Assembly (NCBI GenBank): GCA_031362565.1
Contig: JANLSU010000058.1
Coordinates: 69,925-133,924, forward strand
DNA length: 64,000 bases
From: a bacterium
GTDB taxonomy: Bacteria; Krumholzibacteriota; Krumholzibacteriia; G020349025
Direction: 5' to 3'
Positions 19,413-29,435 of the stretch are shown here, piece by piece. The notes beneath the pieces are model-generated. The model searched no databases. It had not been told where the DNA came from and saw nothing but the letters and a program-made list of their open reading frames with translations. The position numbers and the translations under genes are program-made. Within the stretch, counting starts at the first letter, position 1. Each line of letters begins with the position of its first letter.

Positions 19413-21305
19413 ATGGCGACGCTCCTGCGCATGCTCCGATACTTGCGGCCGTACTGGCGCCGCGCCGTTCTCAACGCGGTGTGTATCGCGGTGTTTGCGC
19501 TGCTTTCCGGCCTCTCCGTCGTGTCCGTCGGCCCCTTCATCCGGATTCTCTTCGAAGGACAAACGGCGCACGTGGCCGCACCGGCCGGAGCGCCGGCCCC
19601 CGGGCTCGCGGCACCGGTCCCAACGCCGTCCGTGGCCCCGGCCGCGGCGCCGGCTGCACGCTTTGGACGCTGGTCGGCGGCGGCGCGGGAGCTGCGCGCC
19701 CGGGGCGAACAGTGGGTCCAGACCTGGTTCCTACAGGTCGACCGCGTCGTAGCGCTGAAGCGTTTCTGTCTCGTGGTTCTCGCTCTCTTCGTGCTCAAGA
19801 ACATTTTCGACTACCTGCAGACCTATTTGACCGCATCTCTCGAGCAGCGGGCGCTCCACGACGTGCGGCGCGACCTGTACGAGCATATTTCCGAACTGCC
19901 GCTCGGCGCCTTCGTGCAGCAGCGCGCCGGGGCCTTCATCGCCCCGCTCGTCAACGACGTGGCTCTCATGCGGGCCGCAGTCGTTGGCGGCGCCGCGAGC
20001 CTCTTCCGCAATACGATCATGATCGTTCTGGCACTGCTGATCATCGTCGCGGCGTCGTGGAAACTGGCGCTGGTCGCGATCTTGGTGTTGCCTCCGAACG
20101 GCATCTTGATCGCCAGGCTTGGCCGCCGCCTGCGGCGTACGAGCACCCGCGCTCAAGAACGCATGGCGGAAATGACCAGCATCGTCCAGGAAACCGTTTC
20201 GGGGGCCCGCGTCGTCAAGGCGTTTGGCATGCACGGGTTCGAACAACGGCGGTTTGCGGCTTTCAACTGGGGTTACTACAAAGATTCGCTACGCGCCCGG
20301 CGGCTCGGAGCGGTGGCGTCGCCGATTGCGGAGTTGCTGGCGACATCGGCCATCGTGGCGATCTTCTGGACCGGCGGCAGCCTGGTTTTGAAGGGCGAGT
20401 TGCGCCCCGACAAACTCTTCTTGTTCGTGACGGCGATGCTGTGGCTGACCGAACCCATCAAGGCACTGATCGCGCTCAACAGCGCTTTGCAAGAAGGCAT
20501 CGCCGCCGGCCAGCGGGTGTTCGCCGTCCTCGATCAGCCCACCGAAGCGCGGCGCACGAGCGGCCGGGTGGCGCACTTCGAGCGTGAACTGCGGTTCGAG
20601 AATGTCACCTTCGGCTATGACCCCAGCCGGCCGGTGCTGCGCGATCTGGATCTCGTGGTGCATCCGGGCGAGATCGTCGCCCTGGTCGGCCCGAGCGGCG
20701 CGGGGAAGTCGACCTTCGTCGACCTCATCCCGCGTTTCTACGACGTCGAGTCGGGACGCATTTCGCTCGACGGGATCGACGTGCGCGAATTGTCGCTCGA
20801 TTCACTGCGCGGCCTGCTGGGCATCGTCACGCAGGAAGTCATCCTGTTCAACGATACGGTGCGTGCCAACATCGCCTACGGGACCCCCGACGTGCCGTTC
20901 GAGCGCCTCGAGGCGGCGGCGCGGGCCGCCAACGCGCACGATTTTATCAGCCGTTTCCCGCTGGGCTACGACACTCGCATCGGCGAACGTGGCGTCGCAC
21001 TCTCCGGTGGTGAGCGCCAGCGCTTGTCGATCGCCCGGGCCATCCTGCGCGATCCGCAAATTCTCATTTTCGACGAAGCCACTTCGTCCCTGGACTCCGA
21101 GAGTGAACAATTGGTGCAAGAAGCCATCGACCGCCTCATGCACCGCCGCACGGCTTTCGTCGTCGCCCACCGTCTGTCGACGATTCAGCATGCGGACACT
21201 ATTTTGGTGATCGACAACGGCCGGATTGTCGAGCGCGGCTCGCACCGCGAACTGTTGGCTGCGGCCGGCACGTATGCGAAACTTCATGGCTATCAGTTCC
21301 GCTGA
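19413..21305 (+). CDS. msbA: MsbA-like ABC transporter (permease plus ATPase)
   Basis: TM domain plus GPSGAGKS, LSGGERQR and DEATS; lies in the LPS cluster. Confidence 0.8.
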   Translation: MATLLRMLRYLRPYWRRAVLNAVCIAVFALLSGLSVVSVGPFIRILFEGQTAHVAAPAGAPAPGLAAPVPTPSVAPAAAPAARFGRWSAAARELRARGEQWVQTWFLQVDRVVALKRFCLVVLALFVLKNIFDYLQTYLTASLEQRALHDVRRDLYEHISELPLGAFVQQRAGAFIAPLVNDVALMRAAVVGGAASLFRNTIMIVLALLIIVAASWKLALVAILVLPPNGILIARLGRRLRRTSTRAQERMAEMTSIVQETVSGARVVKAFGMHGFEQRRFAAFNWGYYKDSLRARRLGAVASPIAELLATSAIVAIFWTGGSLVLKGELRPDKLFLFVTAMLWLTEPIKALIALNSALQEGIAAGQRVFAVLDQPTEARRTSGRVAHFERELRFENVTFGYDPSRPVLRDLDLVVHPGEIVALVGPSGAGKSTFVDLIPRFYDVESGRISLDGIDVRELSLDSLRGLLGIVTQEVILFNDTVRANIAYGTPDVPFERLEAAARAANAHDFISRFPLGYDTRIGERGVALSGGERQRLSIARAILRDPQILIFDEATSSLDSESEQLVQEAIDRLMHRRTAFVVAHRLSTIQHADTILVIDNGRIVERGSHRELLAAAGTYAKLHGYQFR

Positions 21306-22326
21306 CCCGCGCCTGTTGTGCGTGGCGCCCAGTTGGCTCGGCGACGCGGTCATGGCACGCGCTGCGGTGGCGCGCTTGGGGCTCGCGGGCTGCAGCGTCG
21401 ATCTTTGGGCGCGCGGCGCCCTCGGTCGCTTGTTCGAGGATTTGCCCGGCGTCGGCGCGGTTCTGCCGATGCCGGTGGCACGTACCGCGCGCTTCAGACG
21501 CGCCTGGCGTTTGCGCTGCCCGCCCTATGATGCGGTGCTCGTATTGCCACCGTCGTGGTCGGCGGCGTGTGCGGCGGCGTGTACTGGCGCCCGTGTTCGG
21601 GTCGGATTCGCGGCGCTCGCGAGCCGCGGCTTCTTGACGCATGCGGTGCCGTCGCCCGGACGGACGGTGCATCTCGCAACGCAGTATGAGGCGCTCGCTA
21701 CCGCGACACTCGGCGCACTCGGCACCGCGGTACCGACGGCGGCAGCCGCCGTGCTGGCGTTGGTGGAACGTGGCCCGGAGCGCGATGCGGCGGTCGCGGT
21801 GCGGCAGGCCCGCGGCATCGGTGGATCTTATGCGGTGCTCGCGCCCGGGGCGCGCTACGGGCCCGCGAAGCGCTGGCCCGCTGAGTCGTTTGCACGTGCC
21901 GCAGCACTTTTGCGCGACCAGTGCGGGTACACGATTGTTCTGGCCGGCGACGGCAGCGATGTTGCGGCGACCCGCGCCGTGCAGCGCTTGGATCCCGGCA
22001 GTATCGACCTGGCCGGAACAACCTCGTTGGCCGCATTTCTCGGCTTGCTGGCGGGAGCCGCCGGGGTGATTGCCAACGACAGTGGGACGATGCACGTTGC
22101 GGCGGCACTGGGACGACCCGTCGTCGGGGTGTTCGGTTCGACGGACCCGCGCTGGACGGCACCCCACGGACGACGCGCCGCGTGGGTCGCCGAACCACCG
22201 TGGTGCGCGCCGTGTTTCGCACCCACGTGCCGCGAAGACTTTGCCTGCATGTTGCGGATCACGCCGGAACGGGTGGTGGAATTGCTGCTCACCACCGCGT
22301 CCTTGCCTGGGACGGCGGCGTCATGA
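21286..22326 (+). CDS. waaF: Lipopolysaccharide heptosyltransferase II (GT9)
   Basis: PSWLGDAVM, LAPGARYGPAKRWP, DLAGTTSL, NDSGTMHVAAALG. Confidence 0.85.
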   Translation: MAISSADPRLLCVAPSWLGDAVMARAAVARLGLAGCSVDLWARGALGRLFEDLPGVGAVLPMPVARTARFRRAWRLRCPPYDAVLVLPPSWSAACAAACTGARVRVGFAALASRGFLTHAVPSPGRTVHLATQYEALATATLGALGTAVPTAAAAVLALVERGPERDAAVAVRQARGIGGSYAVLAPGARYGPAKRWPAESFARAAALLRDQCGYTIVLAGDGSDVAATRAVQRLDPGSIDLAGTTSLAAFLGLLAGAAGVIANDSGTMHVAAALGRPVVGVFGSTDPRWTAPHGRRAAWVAEPPWCAPCFAPTCREDFACMLRITPERVVELLLTTASLPGTAAS

Positions 22327-23366
22327 GCGCCGGCGCTTTCGGCCCGGGCCCCGAGCCGCCGGTGGGGGCCCGCATCCTCGTCTCGCGGCTGCGGTTCTTG
22401 GGCGACATCATTCTGTCGTTGCCGCTGCTCCGCGCGCTGCGCGCCGCACGCCCGGATGTCGAGATTCACTACCTCGCGGAAGCGCCGGGGTTGGAACTCT
22501 TGCGCACCCAACCCGAAGTCGACGTGCGGTGGCAAGCGCCACACGGCTTCGATGCGGGGCTCGTGTGTGCGCGCGCTCTGCATGCCCAACACTTCGCCGC
22601 CGCCATCGACCTGTTCTGCAATCCGCGCAGCGCGTTGTTGATTCGCGCCACCGGAGCGCCGATTCGCATCGGCGAGGATCGCCGCATCCGGCGTCACGCC
22701 TACACGCTGGCGCGCCACCTCGTGCCGGGCAAGAGTGCTATCGAACAGCATCTCGATGCGCTCGGCGGTTTGGGGATCGCGCCGCCGCCGCCGACCTGCC
22801 CAGTCCTCGAACTCGGGGCCGAGACGCGCGCCGCCGGCATCGCGCGGTGGCGTGAACGCGCCGGAACGCCCGCGGTCTTGGTGCACCTCGGCGCGACGCA
22901 GGTCGCGAAGGAGTGGCCCGAGGCGCCTGCCACGGACTTCGTGCGGGCGGTCGAAGCGGAGTTTGGCGCGGTGCTTTCCACCGCTCCGAATCGTCCGGCG
23001 CCGAGTGCGGCGGTGGCGCGTGCCGTGCCCGGCGTACGGCTTCTGCCGCCGGCCGGGCTGCGCGAATTCTTGGGTCTGGTCGCCGCGGCGCGCGCGGTCG
23101 TTACCGTGGATGGAGCGGTGGCCCATGCTGCGGTGGCGCTCGGACGGCCGACGGTGGCACTCTTCGGGCCGACCGATCCGGCGGTGTGGTTTCCGTACGC
23201 GGCGTTCGGCCCGTATCGCGTCGTACACGCCCGAACGCGTTGCGAAGCTTGTGCCGGTGGCACCGGCGCGCACGATTGCATGGGCGCCATCAGCGTCGAA
23301 TCCGTGCTCGCGGCGTTGCGGGCGGTCGTGCGGCAAGGAAGCGAGGTGCCATGGGACGAACCGTAG
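22323..23366 (+). CDS. Glycosyltransferase family 9
   Basis: RFLGDIILS, KEWP, DGAVAHAAVALGRPTVALFGPT. Confidence 0.85.
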   Translation: MSAGAFGPGPEPPVGARILVSRLRFLGDIILSLPLLRALRAARPDVEIHYLAEAPGLELLRTQPEVDVRWQAPHGFDAGLVCARALHAQHFAAAIDLFCNPRSALLIRATGAPIRIGEDRRIRRHAYTLARHLVPGKSAIEQHLDALGGLGIAPPPPTCPVLELGAETRAAGIARWRERAGTPAVLVHLGATQVAKEWPEAPATDFVRAVEAEFGAVLSTAPNRPAPSAAVARAVPGVRLLPPAGLREFLGLVAAARAVVTVDGAVAHAAVALGRPTVALFGPTDPAVWFPYAAFGPYRVVHARTRCEACAGGTGAHDCMGAISVESVLAALRAVVRQGSEVPWDEP

Positions 23367-24418
23367 GTCCGGAACGCATTTTGGTTCTGCGCCCACGGGC
23401 GCTCGGCGACGTGTTGCTCGCGACACCGGTGTTCCGGGCGTTCAAGCGCGCCTATCCGAACACCGAGCTGCATGTCGCGGTCGACGATGTGCTCCTGCCG
23501 CTCGTGCAACGCAATCCGCACATCGACCGGTTGTGGGCCATGCCGCGCCGGCGGCCGCGCCGCGGACGCGATTGGCTGCGCCTGTACGCCGGGCTCCGCC
23601 GGGCGCGATTCGATCTGGTCCTCGACCTGCACGGCTCGCCGCGCACCGCATTCTTGGCTTGGTGGACCGGCGCACCGGTGCGGGTCGGCTATGCGCTGCG
23701 CGGCCGCGGCCGCTTCTATTCCGTCCGCGTGCCTCGTGACACCGATCGCCACGGCCGGCGCCGCGCCCTCTATGCCGCCCAGAACAATCTGGAGATTCTG
23801 GCGCGTTGCGGTGTGCCCGCCCCTTGCCTGACGGACGTGACGCTGGAATTCACGCCCGATCCGGTGGTCGAAACCAGCGTCGAGGCGTGGTTCACGGCGC
23901 TGGTTCCCGGGCGGCCGCGAGTCGGCCTCTCCGCGCCGGGCACCTGGCAAGCGAAGACCTATCCCGTCGAACGGTGGGCGGCAGTTGCCGATGGGCTGGC
24001 GAGTGCCGGTTGTGCCGTCGTGTTGTTGTGGGGCCCGGGTGAACACGCCATCGCCGTCGAGGTGCAGCGCCACATGCGACAGCCGGCCGTTCTCTTGCCG
24101 CCGACCGGCATCGATGCAGCGGCGGCGGTCGTGGCGCGGCTTGATCTCGTCGTCTGCAACGATTCGGGAATCAAACACGTCGCGGTGGCACGAGGCACTC
24201 CGACTCTGACGCTCTACGGACCCACGAATCCGGCGGCTTGGAGTCCACCCGCCGGCCCGCACGCCGGCTTGCGCGCCGGCGTGCCTTGCTTGGCGTGCAA
24301 CCGGACGCAATGCATCCACCACATTTGTATGCGCCTCTTGTCGCCCGATGCCGTGATTCGCCGGGCGCTCGAGATTGTGACGCCGCCGGGCGCCGCGGAG
24401 GCGCCATGCGGATCGTGA
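23351..24418 (+). CDS. Glycosyltransferase family 9
   Basis: ALGDVLLATP, DLVLDLHG, NDSGIKHVAVA, LYGPT. Confidence 0.85.
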   Translation: MGRTVGPERILVLRPRALGDVLLATPVFRAFKRAYPNTELHVAVDDVLLPLVQRNPHIDRLWAMPRRRPRRGRDWLRLYAGLRRARFDLVLDLHGSPRTAFLAWWTGAPVRVGYALRGRGRFYSVRVPRDTDRHGRRRALYAAQNNLEILARCGVPAPCLTDVTLEFTPDPVVETSVEAWFTALVPGRPRVGLSAPGTWQAKTYPVERWAAVADGLASAGCAVVLLWGPGEHAIAVEVQRHMRQPAVLLPPTGIDAAAAVVARLDLVVCNDSGIKHVAVARGTPTLTLYGPTNPAAWSPPAGPHAGLRAGVPCLACNRTQCIHHICMRLLSPDAVIRRALEIVTPPGAAEAPCGS

Positions 24419-25479
24419 TGTTCGGCGCCTACGATCCCGAGTACGCGCGCAATCGCGTCCTGCGTCTCGGCCTCGGGCGTCTCGGTGTCGACGTCCAGGA
24501 ATGTCGCGCGCCGCCGCGAGCGCGCTTTGTGCGGCGGAGCGCGACGCTCGGCTGGCGGGTGCGGCGGGTCCTACCCGCCACCGCGTTCTTGGTGCCGGAA
24601 TTCCGCCACAAGGATGTGCCGCTTGCCCGCCTCATCGCGACTCTCAACGGCACGGCGCTCGTTGTCGATCCGCTCGTGTCACGTTACGACACCAAGGTGG
24701 GTGACTGGGGAACGACCGCCGCCCACGCGCTGCAAGCCGGTCACAACCAGCGCATCGACCGTGCAGCTCTGGCCTTCGCAGATCTGGTTCTGTGTGACAC
24801 CCAAGCGCACGCCGAGTACTACCAAACCGCCTATCGTGTCCGCCCCGATCGCTGCGCCGTCGTTCCGGTCGGATTCGACGACACGGTCTTTGCCCCGATC
24901 CCCGAACCGCCGCCGGGGCCCTTTCGGGTTGCATTCTTCGGTTCGTACTTGCCGTTGCACGGCATCGACACGATCGTTGCGGCGGCGATTCGGCTCGCGG
25001 CGGAAGGCGTGCAGTTTCTGTTGGTCGGCCAGGGACAAACATTCGGACACGTTGAGGCGGCGCGCGCCGCCGGCCTGACGGTCGAGGTTTCGGCGCCGCT
25101 CGCGCCGCCGGCTCTGGTCGAGCGGCTCCGGACCGCACATGTTCTCCTCGGAGTCTTCGGGACTAGCGCCAAGGTAGCGCGCGTCGTGCCGAACAAGGTG
25201 TACCAGGGGTTGGCGCTCGGACGCGCCATGGTGACCGCCGATACGCCGGCGCTGCGCGAGTTCTTCACTCCGGGCGAGCATTTGCTGGCGGTGCGGCCCG
25301 GGGACCCCGAAGCGCTGGTGGACGCGATCCGGCGCCTGCGCGACGACACGGCGCTCCGGCTCCGGCTTGGAGCCACGGCGGCGCGCTATGTCCACGCGTC
25401 TTTCAATCCGCGCACCGTCGCGCGCCGGCTGATCGCCGCCGGGCACCACGTCTTGGGCTGGGAGGACATCGGAGGATGA
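24406..25479 (+). CDS. Glycosyltransferase family 4
   Basis: GT-B fold motifs: FFGSYLPLHG, VPNKVYQGLALG. Confidence 0.8.
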   Translation: MRIVMFGAYDPEYARNRVLRLGLGRLGVDVQECRAPPRARFVRRSATLGWRVRRVLPATAFLVPEFRHKDVPLARLIATLNGTALVVDPLVSRYDTKVGDWGTTAAHALQAGHNQRIDRAALAFADLVLCDTQAHAEYYQTAYRVRPDRCAVVPVGFDDTVFAPIPEPPPGPFRVAFFGSYLPLHGIDTIVAAAIRLAAEGVQFLLVGQGQTFGHVEAARAAGLTVEVSAPLAPPALVERLRTAHVLLGVFGTSAKVARVVPNKVYQGLALGRAMVTADTPALREFFTPGEHLLAVRPGDPEALVDAIRRLRDDTALRLRLGATAARYVHASFNPRTVARRLIAAGHHVLGWEDIGG

Positions 25480-26690
25480 TGGATCGCGCCGCATGGTCGA
25501 ACAGGCTCGAACGCGTTCTCGTCCTCTTCGTGTGGGCCATCCCGCTCACCATCGCTTGGACCGTCGCCGGGGTGCATATCGCCATCGGGATCGCCAGCGC
25601 GGCAGCGATCGCCCTCGCCATCGTGTCGCGGCGCTGGCCCTTCGCGCGTACCACGGCCGATGCCGCGATGATCGCTCTCAGTCTCGCCTACGGGCTCGCC
25701 GCCGTCGCGAGCGACGATCGCGCCGGGAGCGTTTACACGCTGCGCAAACTCTTGCTCTTCGTGGTCATCTTTTTGACCGCCCGGGCGGCGCGAACGCCGC
25801 ACCGGTTGCGTTGGTGCTTGCGCCTTTGGGTCGGCGGGATCGCGCTCACCGCGCTGGTGGCGATCCTGCATTTCGGGATCGCGCGCGCCGGGCTCGATGC
25901 GCGCTTGCACAGCACCGGGCACTACATGACCTTCGCCGGCCTGTTGCTCTTCGCGACGCCGTCGTGTGCGGTCGCGGCGTGGCTGGCGCGTGGGTGGCGC
26001 CGTTGGCTGTATGGTGCGGCGCTTGCGGTGTTGGGTGGCGCGCTGCTTTTGTCCTTCACGCGCGGCGCGTGGCTCGGGGTGATGGCGGCGGGAGCGGCGA
26101 TCATCGGCCGCGCCAGGCCGCGCTGGACGCTCGTCGTGCCACTCGCCGCGGTCGTTCTCTTTGCCGTACTCCCGGCGAACTACCGCGACCGCGCCATCTC
26201 GAGCTTCAATCCGCATCATCCGCTGAATGCCGACCGGGTGCGTTTGTGGCGCGCCGGGGTCGCCATTTGGCGGGCGCACCCGTGGACCGGAGTCGGGCTG
26301 GTGGATTTGAAGCCGTATTACCTGCAATACCGGCAAGGGACCGAGGGGCAGGTGATGGGGCACTTGCACGACAACTGGCTGCAAATCGCCGCTACCACCG
26401 GAACTCCCGGTTTGTTGGCATTCCTCTGGCTCATGATCGCCTTTGGGCGCATCGCCTGGTGCCGTGGCGCGCTTGCCGCGGACCCGGAAATCGCGGCGCT
26501 GCAACGTGGTGCATGGGGCACCTACTGCGGGTTTCAAGTCATGGGGCTTTTCGAATGGAACTTCGGGGACGTGGAGGTTACGATCGCGCTGTGCTACGTC
26601 GTTGGTGCAGCGGTGGCCGCCGCCCGCGTCGCCGCGCGGAACGCTCCGCAAGCGTGCCGTCCGGTCCTCGGAGAGGGGGTGTCGTCGTGA
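25476..26690 (+). CDS. O-antigen ligase (Wzy_C/WaaL) family membrane protein
   Basis: Multi-TM; SFTRGAW, R-LW…HPWTGVG, HLHDNWLQIA. Confidence 0.85.
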   Translation: MMDRAAWSNRLERVLVLFVWAIPLTIAWTVAGVHIAIGIASAAAIALAIVSRRWPFARTTADAAMIALSLAYGLAAVASDDRAGSVYTLRKLLLFVVIFLTARAARTPHRLRWCLRLWVGGIALTALVAILHFGIARAGLDARLHSTGHYMTFAGLLLFATPSCAVAAWLARGWRRWLYGAALAVLGGALLLSFTRGAWLGVMAAGAAIIGRARPRWTLVVPLAAVVLFAVLPANYRDRAISSFNPHHPLNADRVRLWRAGVAIWRAHPWTGVGLVDLKPYYLQYRQGTEGQVMGHLHDNWLQIAATTGTPGLLAFLWLMIAFGRIAWCRGALAADPEIAALQRGAWGTYCGFQVMGLFEWNFGDVEVTIALCYVVGAAVAAARVAARNAPQACRPVLGEGVSS

Positions 26691-27529
26691 CGACGGAGCG
26701 TGTCCGGGGCGCAACAGCCATCGCGTGTTTCTTGCTGGCCGGCCGGCTGGCACACGCCGAGTGCGAGACGATCGGCGCCGTGCCGGATAGTCTGCGCGGC
26801 CCGCGGCCGCCGAGCGTCGTGGCCTTCGGCCCGGGCGAGAAGCTGGTGTTTTCGATTCAATACGGTCTCATCAACGCCGGCGAAGCGACGATTGGCATCG
26901 ACCCGGCGATCAAGATCCGGCAGGACCGCCCCACCTATCACATCGTGTCCAACGCCAGTTCGAATGCGGCGTTTTCGGCCGTGTTTCGCGTTCGCGATCG
27001 CGTCGAATCCTACATGGACACTCTCGAGCTGCATTCGGTGCGCTTCGAAAAACACCTTCGCGAAGGCGATTACAAGAAAGATCTCTGGATCACCTTCGAC
27101 CAGGAGCATCACAAAGCGGTGGTGGATGGGCAGCGCGAGTGCGACGTCGAGCCGCACGTGCAAGACATTTTGTCGTCGCTCTATTACGTGCGCACCCTCA
27201 AGCTGGAACCTGGGACGTCGGTATATGTCCCGAATCACGACAACGGCAAGAACTATTCGCTCGAAGTGCAGGTGCAGGGGCGCGAACGCGTCACCGTCGA
27301 TGCGGGAACCTTCGACTGCTTGGTGCTCGAGCCGGTGTTGCTCGGTGAGGCGGTTTTCAAGCAGAACGGCCGGGTGAAGGTCTGGGTGACCGACGATGAA
27401 CTGCATTTGCCGGTGCTGCTGAAGAGCAAAGTGTTCGTGGGGGCGATTGCCGGGGTGCTGACGCATTTCGAGCTCGGTGGCCGGTTTCGGAACGCCAAAC
27501 CACCGGCGATGGTTGCCGCCGCACATTGA
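26687..27529 (+). CDS. DUF3108-family exported protein
   Basis: GEKLVF…YG…AG, FRVRD, DILS…YY, VDAGTFDC, WVTDD…LPV. Confidence 0.75.
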   Translation: MTTERVRGATAIACFLLAGRLAHAECETIGAVPDSLRGPRPPSVVAFGPGEKLVFSIQYGLINAGEATIGIDPAIKIRQDRPTYHIVSNASSNAAFSAVFRVRDRVESYMDTLELHSVRFEKHLREGDYKKDLWITFDQEHHKAVVDGQRECDVEPHVQDILSSLYYVRTLKLEPGTSVYVPNHDNGKNYSLEVQVQGRERVTVDAGTFDCLVLEPVLLGEAVFKQNGRVKVWVTDDELHLPVLLKSKVFVGAIAGVLTHFELGGRFRNAKPPAMVAAAH

Positions 27530-27550
27530 AACGGCCGATCGGAGGGGCGC

Positions 27551-28486
27551 GTGTCGCGATATCCGGAGATCTCCCTAGCGGGCGTTCGGACCGTCAGTAT
27601 CGAGGAGCGGTACAACAAGGTCAGCCGGGCCCAGTTTGGCCGTCCCACCGAGTGGCAAGGGGCGGCGGCCTGGTTGCAGTCGCTGCCGGACATCCTGGCG
27701 GCCGACAACCTCAAGCGGCTGGTGGCGGCGCTCGAGCAAGCCCGGCAGGCCCAGCGGCCGATCCTCTTCATGCTGGGCGGCCACGTCATGAAATGCGGCG
27801 TGTCCCCCTACCTGGTGGACCTGTTGCAACGCGGCTTCGTAACCCACTTGGCCAGTAACGGCTCGCTGACGATCCACGACGTCGAGGTGTCGCTCTTCGG
27901 GCGGACTTCCGAAGACGTCGCCGACACCCTCGAGCGCGGCGTTTTCGGCATGGTGCGTGAGACCCCCGACTTCATGTTCAAGGCGTTTGCCGCCGGACAC
28001 GAACGCGGCGAGGGGATGGGGGAGTGCCTGGGCCGGGCGCTCGTCGAGGCCCAGGCGCCGAACCGGGATGTGAGCCTCCTGGCGCAGGCGTATTCGGCTG
28101 GGGTGCCGTTTACGGTGCACGTGGCACTCGGCGGGGACATCCTGCATCAACATCCCGGCGCCGACGGGGCCGTCCTCGGGACCCTGAGCCTGCGAGACTT
28201 CCGGATCCTGGCCGCGGCCCTGACCGGCCTCGAGGGCGGGGTCGTGGTCAATCTCGGCTCGGCGGTCCTCATGCCCGAGGTGTTCCTCAAGGCGCTCACC
28301 GTGGCTCGGAACGTCCATGGGACGGTCGCGAACTTCACCACCGCCAACCTGGACATGATTCAGCACTACCGGCCGGCGGAGAACATCCTCCGACGCCCGA
28401 CCCAGACGTCCGGGTGCGCACTGCCCATCACTGGGCACCATGAGATCTTGATCCCGCTCCTGCATGCCCTCCTCACCGCCACCTAA
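27551..28486 (+). CDS. Conserved protein with a deoxyhypusine-synthase-like fold
   Basis: GGHVMKCG, NGSxxIHD, TSEDV, GxFGM, PFTVHVALGGDILHQH, GSAVLMPEVFLKA, GHHEILIPLL. Family assignment is from memory. Confidence 0.6.
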   Translation: MSRYPEISLAGVRTVSIEERYNKVSRAQFGRPTEWQGAAAWLQSLPDILAADNLKRLVAALEQARQAQRPILFMLGGHVMKCGVSPYLVDLLQRGFVTHLASNGSLTIHDVEVSLFGRTSEDVADTLERGVFGMVRETPDFMFKAFAAGHERGEGMGECLGRALVEAQAPNRDVSLLAQAYSAGVPFTVHVALGGDILHQHPGADGAVLGTLSLRDFRILAAALTGLEGGVVVNLGSAVLMPEVFLKALTVARNVHGTVANFTTANLDMIQHYRPAENILRRPTQTSGCALPITGHHEILIPLLHALLTAT

Positions 28487-28501
28487 GATCACGCCAGGCG
28501 T

Positions 28502-28531
28502 TTGACACACTTGAATTTGGCTTGGTATACT
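28502..28531 (+). promoter_or_regulatory. Sigma70 promoter for the EPS sub-operon
   Basis: TTGACA, 18 nt spacer, TATACT with extended -10 TG. Confidence 0.7.
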
Positions 28532-28674
28532 GTGAGTCGACTGTAGCCTGCCCGGCTCGGGAGGTCACGCGCGACCGAACGGTTATCAAGCTTGCAGCAG
28601 CGTCGGAATCATGCACGGCGTTTGCCGGTATCGCTCTGCGATCCGGAGTTTTGGTGCAGGGCCGAACGCGAAGT

Positions 28675-29418
28675 ATGGACAGCATCGCTGGCTTGAAGGA
28701 TGCGTGGCGCGTGGCGTCCAGCCCGAGAATGCAGGTAGTGCCGTATCCGCGTCAGCGGCCGGTGAACGCGGGTGCAGCCGCCGAGATCAGCGCGCCGTTC
28801 ACGGTGCCCGGTTCGTGGGGCTACCGCGTGAGCAAGCGCTGCATCGATGTCCTGGGTGCGCTCGTGGGCCTGGTGCTCCTGCTGCCGCTTCTTCCAGCCA
28901 TCGTCGCCCTGATCAAACTCGATTCTCGGGGTTCGATCCTGTTTCGGCAGAAGCGCGTCGGACGCAACGGCCACTTGTTCACGTGCTACAAGTTCCGCTC
29001 CATGGTTCCGAATGCCGAATCGTTGAAGACGACGCTTGCAGCCCAGAACGAGGCGACCGGAGCCGCCTTCAAGATCCGCAACGACCCGCGGATCACCGCC
29101 ATCGGTCATTTCCTGCGGCAGAGCAGCCTCGATGAAGTACCGCAGTTGTTCAACGTGCTACGCGGGGACATGTCGATCGTCGGTCCCAGGCCGCAGATCC
29201 CGACCGAAGTGGAGTTGTACGAACCCTGGCAGCGCCGCCGGCTGGCCGTGAAGCCCGGGATCACTTGCCTGTGGCAGATCTCCGGCCGCAGTCAGGTCGG
29301 ATTCGAGGAATGGATGCGCCTCGACGCCGAGTACGTCGAACGCCGGAGCCTGCGCCTCGATCTCAAGATTCTGCTGGGAACGCTGCCGGCGGTCATCGCG
29401 CGCAAGGGCGCGTACTGA
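28675..29418 (+). CDS. Priming sugar transferase (Bac_transf, WcaJ/WbaP C-terminal type)
   Basis: [47 protein letters not shown]. Start uncertain. Confidence 0.88.
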   Translation: MDSIAGLKDAWRVASSPRMQVVPYPRQRPVNAGAAAEISAPFTVPGSWGYRVSKRCIDVLGALVGLVLLLPLLPAIVALIKLDSRGSILFRQKRVGRNGHLFTCYKFRSMVPNAESLKTTLAAQNEATGAAFKIRNDPRITAIGHFLRQSSLDEVPQLFNVLRGDMSIVGPRPQIPTEVELYEPWQRRRLAVKPGITCLWQISGRSQVGFEEWMRLDAEYVERRSLRLDLKILLGTLPAVIARKGAY

Positions 29419-29435
29419 AAATTCAAGGAAGAGCC

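Noticed and set aside
28532..28674. ops/JUMPStart antitermination element in the EPS leader
   Set aside because: No GGCGGTAG-like core was found.
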